A stretch of DNA of 64,000 nucleotides from positions 114,256 to 178,255 of the forward strand of contig CAZMYT010000004.1 of NCBI GenBank assembly GCA_964570565.1, given 5' to 3'. Under the pieces are notes generated by a model. It did no database searches and was not told where the DNA came from. It saw only the letters and a program-made list of their open reading frames with translations. Source of the DNA: an uncultured Paludibacteraceae bacterium (GTDB lineage Bacteria > Bacteroidota > Bacteroidia > Bacteroidales > Paludibacteraceae). The position numbers were made by a program, and so were the translations under genes. Shown here in pieces: positions 47,928 to 55,699 of the stretch (within the stretch, counting starts at the first letter, position 1; the number at the start of each line of letters is the position of its first letter).

Positions 47928-48748
47928 ATCCAATGTTTGAACAAATGGTTTCGTCCTATCAAATGGTGACCGATAAGGATAGACGAAATGCCATGTATGA
48001 AGTTATGCAAAAAATAACGTTAGCTGGACTTTATCGAGGAGGTTTTTTCGATAAAGCTGCGTTTTATGGCGGAACTTGCTTACGGATTTTTCATAACATG
48101 GAGCGATTTTCAGAAGATATGGATTTTTCTCTTTTGGTGGCCGATGAGTCGTTTAAAATTGAACACTATTTTCCCGCTATTATCGAAGAGTTTCATTTGG
48201 TAGGCCGAGAGGTGGAGATTACTAAAAAAGATAAAACGCAGTTCAGTAAAGTTGATTCAGCCTTCTTAAAGGACGATACAGATGTGTATGATGTGGTATT
48301 TAAGACTGAGAAAAGTTTGAAAATAAAAATAGAGGTGGATACCCAACCTCCGTTGCAATTTCAAACTGAACATAAATTGTTATTGCGTCCCTATTCGTTT
48401 ATGACACGCTGTTTTACACTACCTAATTTATATGCGGGGAAAATGCACGCATTAGTTTTTAGAACCTGGAAAAATCGTGTAAAAGGCCGTGATTGGTATG
48501 ACTTTGAATGGTACGTTCGCCATGAAGTTCCCTTAAATTTTACTCATCTACAAGAACGTATTAGGGTTTTAAATGGCTTGGAGATGGATGAAAACCAATT
48601 CTTACAACTCCTTAAGGAGCGGTTAGCTTCCACTGATATCAAACAGGTGAAACAGGATGTGGCACCTTTTATAAAAAAACCTAAAGCATTGGAAATTTGG
48701 ACTAATAACTATTTTTTGCAGTTGGCTGACCTGATTAAATTTGAATAA
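47924..48748 (+). CDS. abiEii: AbiEii/AbiGii family nucleotidyltransferase toxin
   Basis: FYGGTCLRIFHNMERFSEDMDFSL (GGT.L...R.SEDxDF) motif and KIEVDT block; 274 aa. Confidence 0.8.
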   Translation: MNPMFEQMVSSYQMVTDKDRRNAMYEVMQKITLAGLYRGGFFDKAAFYGGTCLRIFHNMERFSEDMDFSLLVADESFKIEHYFPAIIEEFHLVGREVEITKKDKTQFSKVDSAFLKDDTDVYDVVFKTEKSLKIKIEVDTQPPLQFQTEHKLLLRPYSFMTRCFTLPNLYAGKMHALVFRTWKNRVKGRDWYDFEWYVRHEVPLNFTHLQERIRVLNGLEMDENQFLQLLKERLASTDIKQVKQDVAPFIKKPKALEIWTNNYFLQLADLIKFE

Positions 48749-48762
48749 ATAAAACTAAACAC

Positions 48763-48789
48763 ACATGAAAGTAGCGTATTTATTAGGTT
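48763..48789 (+). repeat. 27-nt direct repeat, right copy (true 5' end of the GT4 gene)
   Basis: See 47168-47194. Confidence 0.95.
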
Positions 48790-49871
48790 CATTAAATCGG
48801 GGCGGTACCGAAACGTTGGTGTTAGATGTGTTTAAAAAAGCATCGCAAGCACCATTTCAAGTGGTTGGCATCCATCGTAAAAGTGGTGCTTATTTGCCCG
48901 GTTTTAAAGCGACTGGTGAAAAAATGATAGCTTTAGCACCGCGGTTCGTGGGTGATGTGAGTTATTTTGTCAAACTGCGTCGTTTATTGCAACGTGAACG
49001 CGTAGATGTAGTGCATGCGCAACAGTCTTTGGATGCGGTGTATGCTCGTATAGCGTGTGTTGGAACGGATATTAAAGTGGTGCAAACGTTTCATGGATAC
49101 GATTTTAATGCTGGAAAACTGATGCGGCGTTTTATGCGTTTTAGTGCTCATTGGGTGGATGCTAATTTTTTTGTAAGTGCATCACAACGAGATTATTATA
49201 TTAAATCTTATCAATTAAAAGACCACCATAAACAGCACGTAGTTTATAATGGCGTTAATTTCGATAAATTAGACCAACAGGTAGCGCAAGTTGATTTACC
49301 AATTGGTGGCGACCCTGCTTCGCAGGGACTCAAATTGGCGATGGTCGGCAATTTTGTTCGCGGACGCGAACAAAATACCGTTTGTCAATTTCTGAAGTTA
49401 TTAAAAGAGGCTGGTGTGCCGTTCGATTTCTATTTTGTTGGTCGCAAAAGTGAATCAGAGCCTTGGTTGTATGACGATTGTGTTGCCTATTGTCAAGAAC
49501 ATCAGTTGCTCAATTGTGTTCATTTTCTGGGTGGGCGTGGCGATGTTCCAGCCATTTTAAAACAGTTGGATGCTTTTATTTATAGTACCGACCACGATAC
49601 GTTTGGTATAGCTGTCATCGAAGCGATTGCGGCTGGCGTGCCAACCTTTGTAAACGATTGGGAGGTTATGGTAGAAATTACGCAACAAGGTAGATGGGCA
49701 ACTATCTATAAAACCAAGGATGCAGCCGATTTATTCAATAAATTTATTACTTTTGTAGACCATAAAGAACACTATAAACAACAAGCGTGTTCGCATGCGC
49801 AGGAAGTACGTAGTACCTACAGCATTGAACAGCATATGTTGGCGTTGTCAAATTTGTATAATACACTGTAA
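48765..49871 (+). CDS. glycosyltransferase family 4 (GT-B)
   Basis: MKVAYLLGSLNRGGTE start and a C-terminal E..FGIAVIEA.AAG.P block. Confidence 0.8.
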   Translation: MKVAYLLGSLNRGGTETLVLDVFKKASQAPFQVVGIHRKSGAYLPGFKATGEKMIALAPRFVGDVSYFVKLRRLLQRERVDVVHAQQSLDAVYARIACVGTDIKVVQTFHGYDFNAGKLMRRFMRFSAHWVDANFFVSASQRDYYIKSYQLKDHHKQHVVYNGVNFDKLDQQVAQVDLPIGGDPASQGLKLAMVGNFVRGREQNTVCQFLKLLKEAGVPFDFYFVGRKSESEPWLYDDCVAYCQEHQLLNCVHFLGGRGDVPAILKQLDAFIYSTDHDTFGIAVIEAIAAGVPTFVNDWEVMVEITQQGRWATIYKTKDAADLFNKFITFVDHKEHYKQQACSHAQEVRSTYSIEQHMLALSNLYNTL

Positions 49872-49873
49872 AG

Positions 49874-50003
49874 CATTGATTATTGATAATAGATTATTGA
49901 TGTACAAAACACAATGCCATTGATTATTGATAATAGATTATTGATTTATCCATAATCCATTTATCCATAATCTATATATTGATTTATCTATAATTTTAAT
50001 ATT
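49874..50003 (+). repeat. upstream repeat module of four-helix-bundle gene 2 (CATTGATTATTGATAATAGATTATTGAT x2, then ATCCATAATC words)
   Basis: A 44-nt unit at 49874 is repeated from 49918. The tail TTATCCATAATCCATTTATCCATAATCTATATAT recurs downstream of the gene. Confidence 0.85.
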
Positions 50004-50375
50004 TTGAATGACAAACAAATAGCGTTTCGTGACAAGTGTATGGCGTTTGCTGTGTGTGTGGTGAAGTTGCGTAGTTATTTGTGTGAGCAAAAGCATGAAC
50101 ACGATATATCTCGACAATTATTGCGGAGTGGAACAGCCATTGGAGCTTTACAACGAGAGGCTTATCATGCTGAAAGTGATGCCGATTTAGTTCATAAATT
50201 AGCGATAGCTCAAAAAGAGTGTAACGAATCTCTGTATTGGATTGAATTACTGTATCTTACAAATTATATAACCAAAGCAGAATCGGAAAGTTTATCGAAT
50301 GATGCATTAGAGCTCTTAAAAATGCTTACAGCCAGTATTCAAACCCTGAAAAAACGTATAAAACAAAAACAATAA
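50004..50375 (+). CDS. four-helix-bundle protein (23S rRNA IVS protein / Avd-like family), probable TTG start
   Basis: QLLRSGTAIGALQREAYHAES..D..HKLAIAQKECNESLYWIELL family pattern. There is no in-frame ATG before Met12. Confidence 0.75.
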   Translation: MNDKQIAFRDKCMAFAVCVVKLRSYLCEQKHEHDISRQLLRSGTAIGALQREAYHAESDADLVHKLAIAQKECNESLYWIELLYLTNYITKAESESLSNDALELLKMLTASIQTLKKRIKQKQ

Positions 50376-50580
50376 TATTGATTATTGATAATAGATTATC
50401 GATGTACAAAACACAAAAACAATATTGATTATTGATAATAGATTATCGATGTACAAAACACAATAACAACATTGATTATTGATTTATCTATAATCCATTC
50501 ATCCATAATCTATATATCAATTCATCCATAATCAATTATCTATATATCCATAATCCATTTTTCTATATTTTTAATTAATT
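50375..50580 (+). repeat. downstream repeat module of four-helix-bundle gene 2 (two 47-nt tandem units, a partial unit, then ATCCATAATC tail)
   Basis: ATATTGATTATTGATAATAGATTATCGATGTACAAAACACAA occurs at 50375 and 50422. The partial unit and tail are a direct repeat of the upstream module. Confidence 0.85.
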
Positions 50581-51993
50581 TTGCTTAATTACTTTCCTAA
50601 ATATATCGCCAATAAAGCAGTAACCTTTTATGTTGTTGCTCTTATATTGGTGTCTGTATTGTTCTTTAATAATGCCATGTCTTTCCTATGGATGGTATTT
50701 GGCTTGGTAGAGGTTGTTGCCTTTTTCTATGTGAGTAATCGATTAACTCGTAATTGGATTAATTATTCGCCTCGCTTATTTGAGAAAAAGGTATTTTTTA
50801 CAGCCTTGATTATTCGTGTTGTGTATGTGTTGTTTTCTTATCTATTTTACAATCTGATGACTGGACAACCTTTTGAATATGGTACAGCTGATGCTATAGG
50901 GTATCATCAATCTGCTTTATGGGTGCGCGAGTTGTTATTGAGTGGTAAAATACAAACTTATTTTAGTTATATTGCAGGTCGTTATTCCGACATGGGATAT
51001 CCCTTTAGTTTGGGAGTACAATATGTTCTCACCTTTGGTAGTATTTTAGTGGCTCGTTTGGTCAAAGCAGCCTTAAGTGCTTATATGTGCTTATTAATAT
51101 ACCGCTTGGCAAAACGTAATTTTGGTGAGTATGTGGGGCGTATGGCTGCGGTGTTTACCCTAGTTATGCCCCATTTTATTTACTATTGTGGGTTGCATTT
51201 AAAAGAAACAGAGATGGTGTTTTTATCTGTTTGGTTTTTGGAACGCATAGATTTTGTGATACGTACCAAACACCTCTCGTTAAAAGTATTGATATTACCC
51301 GTGTTATTGTTAGTCTCTTTATTCTTTTTTCGTACCGTATTGGGTGTGACGGCTATTTTTGCTGTGGGTACGGCGGTCTTATTTTCTGAAGCAAATGTGT
51401 TGAATAGGCATAAACGTATGGTCTTATTATTGTGGGGGACTTCCGCTGTGTTAGTGTTTTTAGGGGGCAGTATTTCTACAGAAATAGAAGAGGTGTGGCA
51501 AAAAAGTGGATCTGAAGAACAATCGAAAAATATGGAGTGGCGTTCACAAAGGGAAGGTGGTAATCAGTTTGCTAAATATGCGGGTGCTGCCGTCTTTGCT
51601 CCGTTGATTTTTACTATACCGTTCCCCACCATGGTGCATGTGGATTATCAAGAAAATCAAATGATGGTGAATGGTAATAATTATGTGAAGAATATTTTAT
51701 CGTTTTTTGTTATTTTGGCATTTTACCTAATTATAAAACGCAAATTATGGCGTAAACATACCTTATTAATCGCTTACATTTTGACTTATCTAGGAATTTT
51801 GGCGCTGAGTCATTTCGCACAGTCTGAACGTTTTCATTTACCCGCCTTACCTGTTGCTTTAATTTTTGCCGCCTATGGTATTTCGGAGATGACAAATCAA
51901 TATAAAAAGCTTTTTGATTATTGGACCGTATTTATTTTGGTTGTTATCATTGGTTGGTGTTGGTTTAAATTAGCAGGTAGAGGGTTGGTTTAA
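50581..51993 (+). CDS. multi-pass membrane protein, possible GT-C-type glycosyltransferase or polymerase (TTG start in the ORF track)
   Basis: At least 10 hydrophobic segments and one central soluble loop (WQKSGSEEQSKNMEWRSQREGG). No firm motif. Confidence 0.4.
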   Translation: MLNYFPKYIANKAVTFYVVALILVSVLFFNNAMSFLWMVFGLVEVVAFFYVSNRLTRNWINYSPRLFEKKVFFTALIIRVVYVLFSYLFYNLMTGQPFEYGTADAIGYHQSALWVRELLLSGKIQTYFSYIAGRYSDMGYPFSLGVQYVLTFGSILVARLVKAALSAYMCLLIYRLAKRNFGEYVGRMAAVFTLVMPHFIYYCGLHLKETEMVFLSVWFLERIDFVIRTKHLSLKVLILPVLLLVSLFFFRTVLGVTAIFAVGTAVLFSEANVLNRHKRMVLLLWGTSAVLVFLGGSISTEIEEVWQKSGSEEQSKNMEWRSQREGGNQFAKYAGAAVFAPLIFTIPFPTMVHVDYQENQMMVNGNNYVKNILSFFVILAFYLIIKRKLWRKHTLLIAYILTYLGILALSHFAQSERFHLPALPVALIFAAYGISEMTNQYKKLFDYWTVFILVVIIGWCWFKLAGRGLV

Positions 51994-52025
51994 TGCAAAT
52001 GAACTTTTAAATAAATGGTTAGAGC

Positions 52026-52943
52026 ATGAAGATTTTAATTGTTGCTAGTTTTAATAAAGGGTTTTTTGCCCCCTTTATTCTTGAGCAATCAGCCGCTTTA
52101 GAGCAGTTAGGGCATACTGTTCACTTTTTCGGTATTCAGGGGCGAGGTATATGGGGTTATGTGAGTAATTATAAAGGGTTAAAGCGTATTATACAAGACT
52201 ATAAACCCGATGTTATTCATGCTCATTATGGTCTTTCTGGTTTGTTGTCTGTATTACAAAGACGAGTTCCTGTGGTAACAACGTTTCATGGGAGTGATAT
52301 TAATAACCGTAAGGTATTGCCTTTTTCAAAAATTGCCATGAGATTATCGGCATATACCATTTTTGTATCACAAAAAAATGTCGATATTGCTCGCCCAACT
52401 AAGAAGTTTGCTTTACTTCCTTGCGGAGTTAATTCCGACAATTTTAGAATGCTGTCCAAGCACAATGCTCGATTGCAATTGCACCTTGATACCACAAAAA
52501 CGTATGTGCTATTTGCTGGCTCATTTTCTAATCGAGTTAAAAATCCAGAATTAGCCGAAAAAGCTATTGCTTTGTTGAACAATGTAGAACTTCTTGAGTT
52601 AAAAGGCTATTCTAGAGTGGAGGTTAATTATCTGATGCATGCAGTTGATGCTGCTTTAATGACTTCTCATAGCGAAGGTTCTCCACAATTTATTAAAGAA
52701 GTGATGGCGTGTGGATGTCCATTGGTAAGCGTTGATGTGGGTGATGTAAAAGAGATAACATCGGGTGTGGATGGTTGCTATCTCGTAAGTCGCGACCCGA
52801 AGCAAATAGCCGAAAAATTACAATTGGCCATCGATTTTAAGGAGCGTACCCAAGGACGTCAACGCATCGTTGAGTTGGGACTAGAAAACCAAAAGGTAGC
52901 TGAAAAAATTGTAGCCATTTATACAAATGTAGTCAAATCATGA
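52026..52943 (+). CDS. glycosyltransferase family 4-like (short GT-B)
   Basis: MKILIVASF..., HAHYGLSG, and a C-terminal SEGSPQFIKEVMACGCPLVS block. Confidence 0.7.
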   Translation: MKILIVASFNKGFFAPFILEQSAALEQLGHTVHFFGIQGRGIWGYVSNYKGLKRIIQDYKPDVIHAHYGLSGLLSVLQRRVPVVTTFHGSDINNRKVLPFSKIAMRLSAYTIFVSQKNVDIARPTKKFALLPCGVNSDNFRMLSKHNARLQLHLDTTKTYVLFAGSFSNRVKNPELAEKAIALLNNVELLELKGYSRVEVNYLMHAVDAALMTSHSEGSPQFIKEVMACGCPLVSVDVGDVKEITSGVDGCYLVSRDPKQIAEKLQLAIDFKERTQGRQRIVELGLENQKVAEKIVAIYTNVVKS

Positions 52944-53971
52944 AGCGTGTAATTTTAACGAGTCAAAGTGATTATCGATCACAATGGCAATCCTTTGTGT
53001 TGAACCATCCACATGGTGAAGTATTTCATTTACCCGAAATGGTAGACGTGTATGAGAAAACGCCTTTATATGAACCTTTTGCTTGTGCGATTATTGATGA
53101 TAACGGCGTTTTCTTAGGTGTTTTGGTAGCTTGTATTCAACGTGAGTTTAAAGGAATTTTAGGTACGTTTACAGCGCGTTCGGTACTTATGGGATGTCCG
53201 TTGGTTCAGGATAATGACGCCACTGTTGGTGCTCAATTATTAGCCACTTACGAACAGTATGTGTCTAAACGAGTTATTTATTCGCAAGTCCGCAATTTGT
53301 ATGATATGACTTGGTTACGAACAGCTTTTGACCAATTAAATTACCGTTACGAAGAGCATCTTGATATTTTACACGATTTAACACAGTCGGAAGAGTTTAT
53401 TAGGCACGGTATTAGTAAAAATAAACGTGCCAATATTTCAAAATCGTTAAACAAAGGTGTAACGTTTGAAGAAGTAACCGATTACGAATCGTTTGATGTG
53501 TCTGTCAAGCAGATATTTGATACCTATAAACGTATTGGATTGCCAGCTCCATCCCGTCATTTTTTTGATAATGCTTTTTTGCAATTGGCGCCCGCTGGTT
53601 TTTTAAAACTGTTTGTAGCCAAATTAGATGGTCACATTATAGGTTCTCGTATGGAACTGTCAACTGGTAAACATTTGTACGATTGGTATGCTGGAGCCGA
53701 CGATGATTATAAAAATCGCTATCCAAACGATTTTATTCCTTATCATATGCTGTTTTGGGCTAAAAATGCCGCGTACGAACTGTTTGATTTTGGCGGTGCA
53801 GGTAAGCCTGACATACCTTACGGTGTGCGCGAACACAAGTTGAAATTTGGCGGAACATTAGTGAATTATGGTCGTTACGAAAAAGTACATAAACCACTTC
53901 TGATGATCGTCGGGCGAGTTGGATTTACGTTCTACAAATGGGTTAAAAAAGCCTTTTCCGTAGTGCGTTGA
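52940..53971 (+). CDS. FemAB-family / GNAT-fold aminoacyl(peptidyl)transferase-like protein
   Basis: Size (343 aa) and the ...YDWYAGA...FDFGGAGKP...GV.E.K.KFGG pattern of FemAB-like (BioF2-like acetyltransferase) proteins. Confidence 0.6.
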   Translation: MKRVILTSQSDYRSQWQSFVLNHPHGEVFHLPEMVDVYEKTPLYEPFACAIIDDNGVFLGVLVACIQREFKGILGTFTARSVLMGCPLVQDNDATVGAQLLATYEQYVSKRVIYSQVRNLYDMTWLRTAFDQLNYRYEEHLDILHDLTQSEEFIRHGISKNKRANISKSLNKGVTFEEVTDYESFDVSVKQIFDTYKRIGLPAPSRHFFDNAFLQLAPAGFLKLFVAKLDGHIIGSRMELSTGKHLYDWYAGADDDYKNRYPNDFIPYHMLFWAKNAAYELFDFGGAGKPDIPYGVREHKLKFGGTLVNYGRYEKVHKPLLMIVGRVGFTFYKWVKKAFSVVR

Positions 53972-54026
53972 AAAGCCAATCTAAAAAACTTTAATAAATA
54001 GTCAAAATAGGTGTAAAAAAAATAGT

Positions 54027-54034
54027 TATCTTTG
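54027..54034 (+). promoter_or_regulatory. candidate internal -7 box TATCTTTG
   Basis: It lies in the 138-nt gap before the 54110 gene. Confidence 0.35.
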
Positions 54035-54109
54035 TTTCCAATATTGTGCTACACACTCACTAAAATGGGGAATAGCGCCACAAAAAAATAAAAATAAAAA
54101 ACGAATGAT

Positions 54110-54589
54110 ATGGCTATGAATTGGTTAAAACTTAAACGAAAATTCTTGCTTTCCTACATTTTGCCATCCTCTTACAGTAAGTGTCGTGTGTGGGCATTAC
54201 GTCATAGCGGTTTCAATATTGGTAAAGGAGTTTATATTGGCAATGGGCTCACTGTTACAGTTGGTTATGCCGATAAATCAATGAATTTAACGATTGGCAA
54301 TAGAGTGAGTTTTGGACCAAATGTAACCCTTGTTGTAGCTTCTCAACCTAATAACAGTCGATTAAAACCTGTTTTATCCTATCCTAAGCGCTCTATCATT
54401 ATTCACGAGGATGCTTGGATTGGAGCTGGAGCTATTATTATGCCGAATGTCGAAATTGGAACGTGTAGTGTGGTTGGGTCGGGTAGTGTTGTTACGCACG
54501 ATGTTGCGCCATACACAATTGTTGCTGGAAATCCAGCGAAACTAATAAAAACCATTGACAAAGCGTTAGTGGATCAACTTGCAGAGTGA
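54110..54589 (+). CDS. hexapeptide-repeat (LbH) acetyltransferase
   Basis: IG..V.IG...V repeats and WIGAGAIIMPNVEIG...VGSGSVV. Confidence 0.8.
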   Translation: MAMNWLKLKRKFLLSYILPSSYSKCRVWALRHSGFNIGKGVYIGNGLTVTVGYADKSMNLTIGNRVSFGPNVTLVVASQPNNSRLKPVLSYPKRSIIIHEDAWIGAGAIIMPNVEIGTCSVVGSGSVVTHDVAPYTIVAGNPAKLIKTIDKALVDQLAE

Positions 54590-54627
54590 GGTCTGTTAGT
54601 TTTACATATCATAACTGATTGATTTAA

Positions 54628-55692
54628 ATGATACCACGATTAGAAATACGCTATCGATTTTCCGATTTTTACCAATCGTTGAAAGGGTTGTTTAGTACAA
54701 CGGCCGTTGTTCCAATCGGAGATGTGTTCTATTGTAACCATTCTCGTACAGCTTTGCGTGTAGCTTTGTCTTCATTACAGCTTCCAGCTAATGCAAAAGT
54801 AGGCATTATGGCTTTCAATTGTCATACCGTGATGAATGCCGTTATTCAAGCTGGTTATAACATCGAATTTATTGATGTTACGGACGATTTAAGACTTGAT
54901 ACGAACGATTTGAAATTAAAAGGTCAGAATCTATCGGCTTTGGTGGTAACTCATCTATTTGGTTTGCAAAACGATGTGATGGCTATTCGTTCTATTTGTC
55001 CTCAAATCCCGATTATTGAAGATTGCGCGCACGCTTACTTGTCCGAATTAAATCATCACCAAGCTGGTTCCTTGGGTGATTTAGCCACATTTTCTATTGG
55101 GGTGGCCAAGTTCCCATCGATAGGCGATGGTGGTTATCTGCGTGTGAATAACGCTTCTTACTTACCTGCTATTAAATTGACATATAATGATTTAAAATCT
55201 CCTACGTGGATTGGAGAAGTTAAACAATTGATTAGAGGTGTTGTGTATGGATGGATGTATACGCCATTATTGTACGCTTGGATAACATTACCATTAAAGC
55301 AGAAAAAGAATGCGTCGCTTGAAGTTACACGTAAGGAAACAGAAACGCGGATGTGTCGTGTCAATTATTCCCGATTTAAACATCAAATAACCAATGTTCC
55401 TGCTATTAAACAAATTAGATTACAACGTATTACCGAATTAGCTTCGACACTGCATGAAAGGTATCCAACACTTTTTATTCCTAATTTGGATGGTAGTAAT
55501 GGCTTTATGCTTCCTACATTATCAACTCAGCGTGATTCGGTAATCATTGGTTTTGCCTCCAAAAATATAGAAGTGGCTCCTCATTTTTCGAACGCCATTC
55601 AATGGGCTCAACAATTTGGATATGTATTGGGTACGTGTAAAAATGCAGAAACAATCGTTCACAGAATTGTTGTATTTCCTACTTATTATTAG
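54628..55692 (+). CDS. DegT/DnrJ/EryC1-like aminotransferase family protein (divergent)
   Basis: EDCAHA and FSIGVAKFPSIGDGG (Lys present); shorter than usual. Confidence 0.6.
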   Translation: MIPRLEIRYRFSDFYQSLKGLFSTTAVVPIGDVFYCNHSRTALRVALSSLQLPANAKVGIMAFNCHTVMNAVIQAGYNIEFIDVTDDLRLDTNDLKLKGQNLSALVVTHLFGLQNDVMAIRSICPQIPIIEDCAHAYLSELNHHQAGSLGDLATFSIGVAKFPSIGDGGYLRVNNASYLPAIKLTYNDLKSPTWIGEVKQLIRGVVYGWMYTPLLYAWITLPLKQKKNASLEVTRKETETRMCRVNYSRFKHQITNVPAIKQIRLQRITELASTLHERYPTLFIPNLDGSNGFMLPTLSTQRDSVIIGFASKNIEVAPHFSNAIQWAQQFGYVLGTCKNAETIVHRIVVFPTYY

Positions 55693-55699
55693 TGATACT

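Larger units (their letters stand above)
47168..48762 (+). mobile_element. 1.6-kb AbiE toxin-antitoxin cassette inserted into the glycan locus, no recombinase gene
   Basis: Flanked by the 27-nt direct repeats. It has its own -7 box and interrupts an otherwise all-glycan gene string. Confidence 0.45.

Noticed and set aside
49874-50580. Regularly spaced ~44-47-nt repeats that could be mistaken for a CRISPR array (also 46962-47165).
   Set aside because: There are only 2-3 copies per side. The 'spacers' (GTACAAAACACAA...) are themselves repeated. The repeats are low-complexity A/T words, a protein-coding gene sits in the middle, and no cas genes are in the window.
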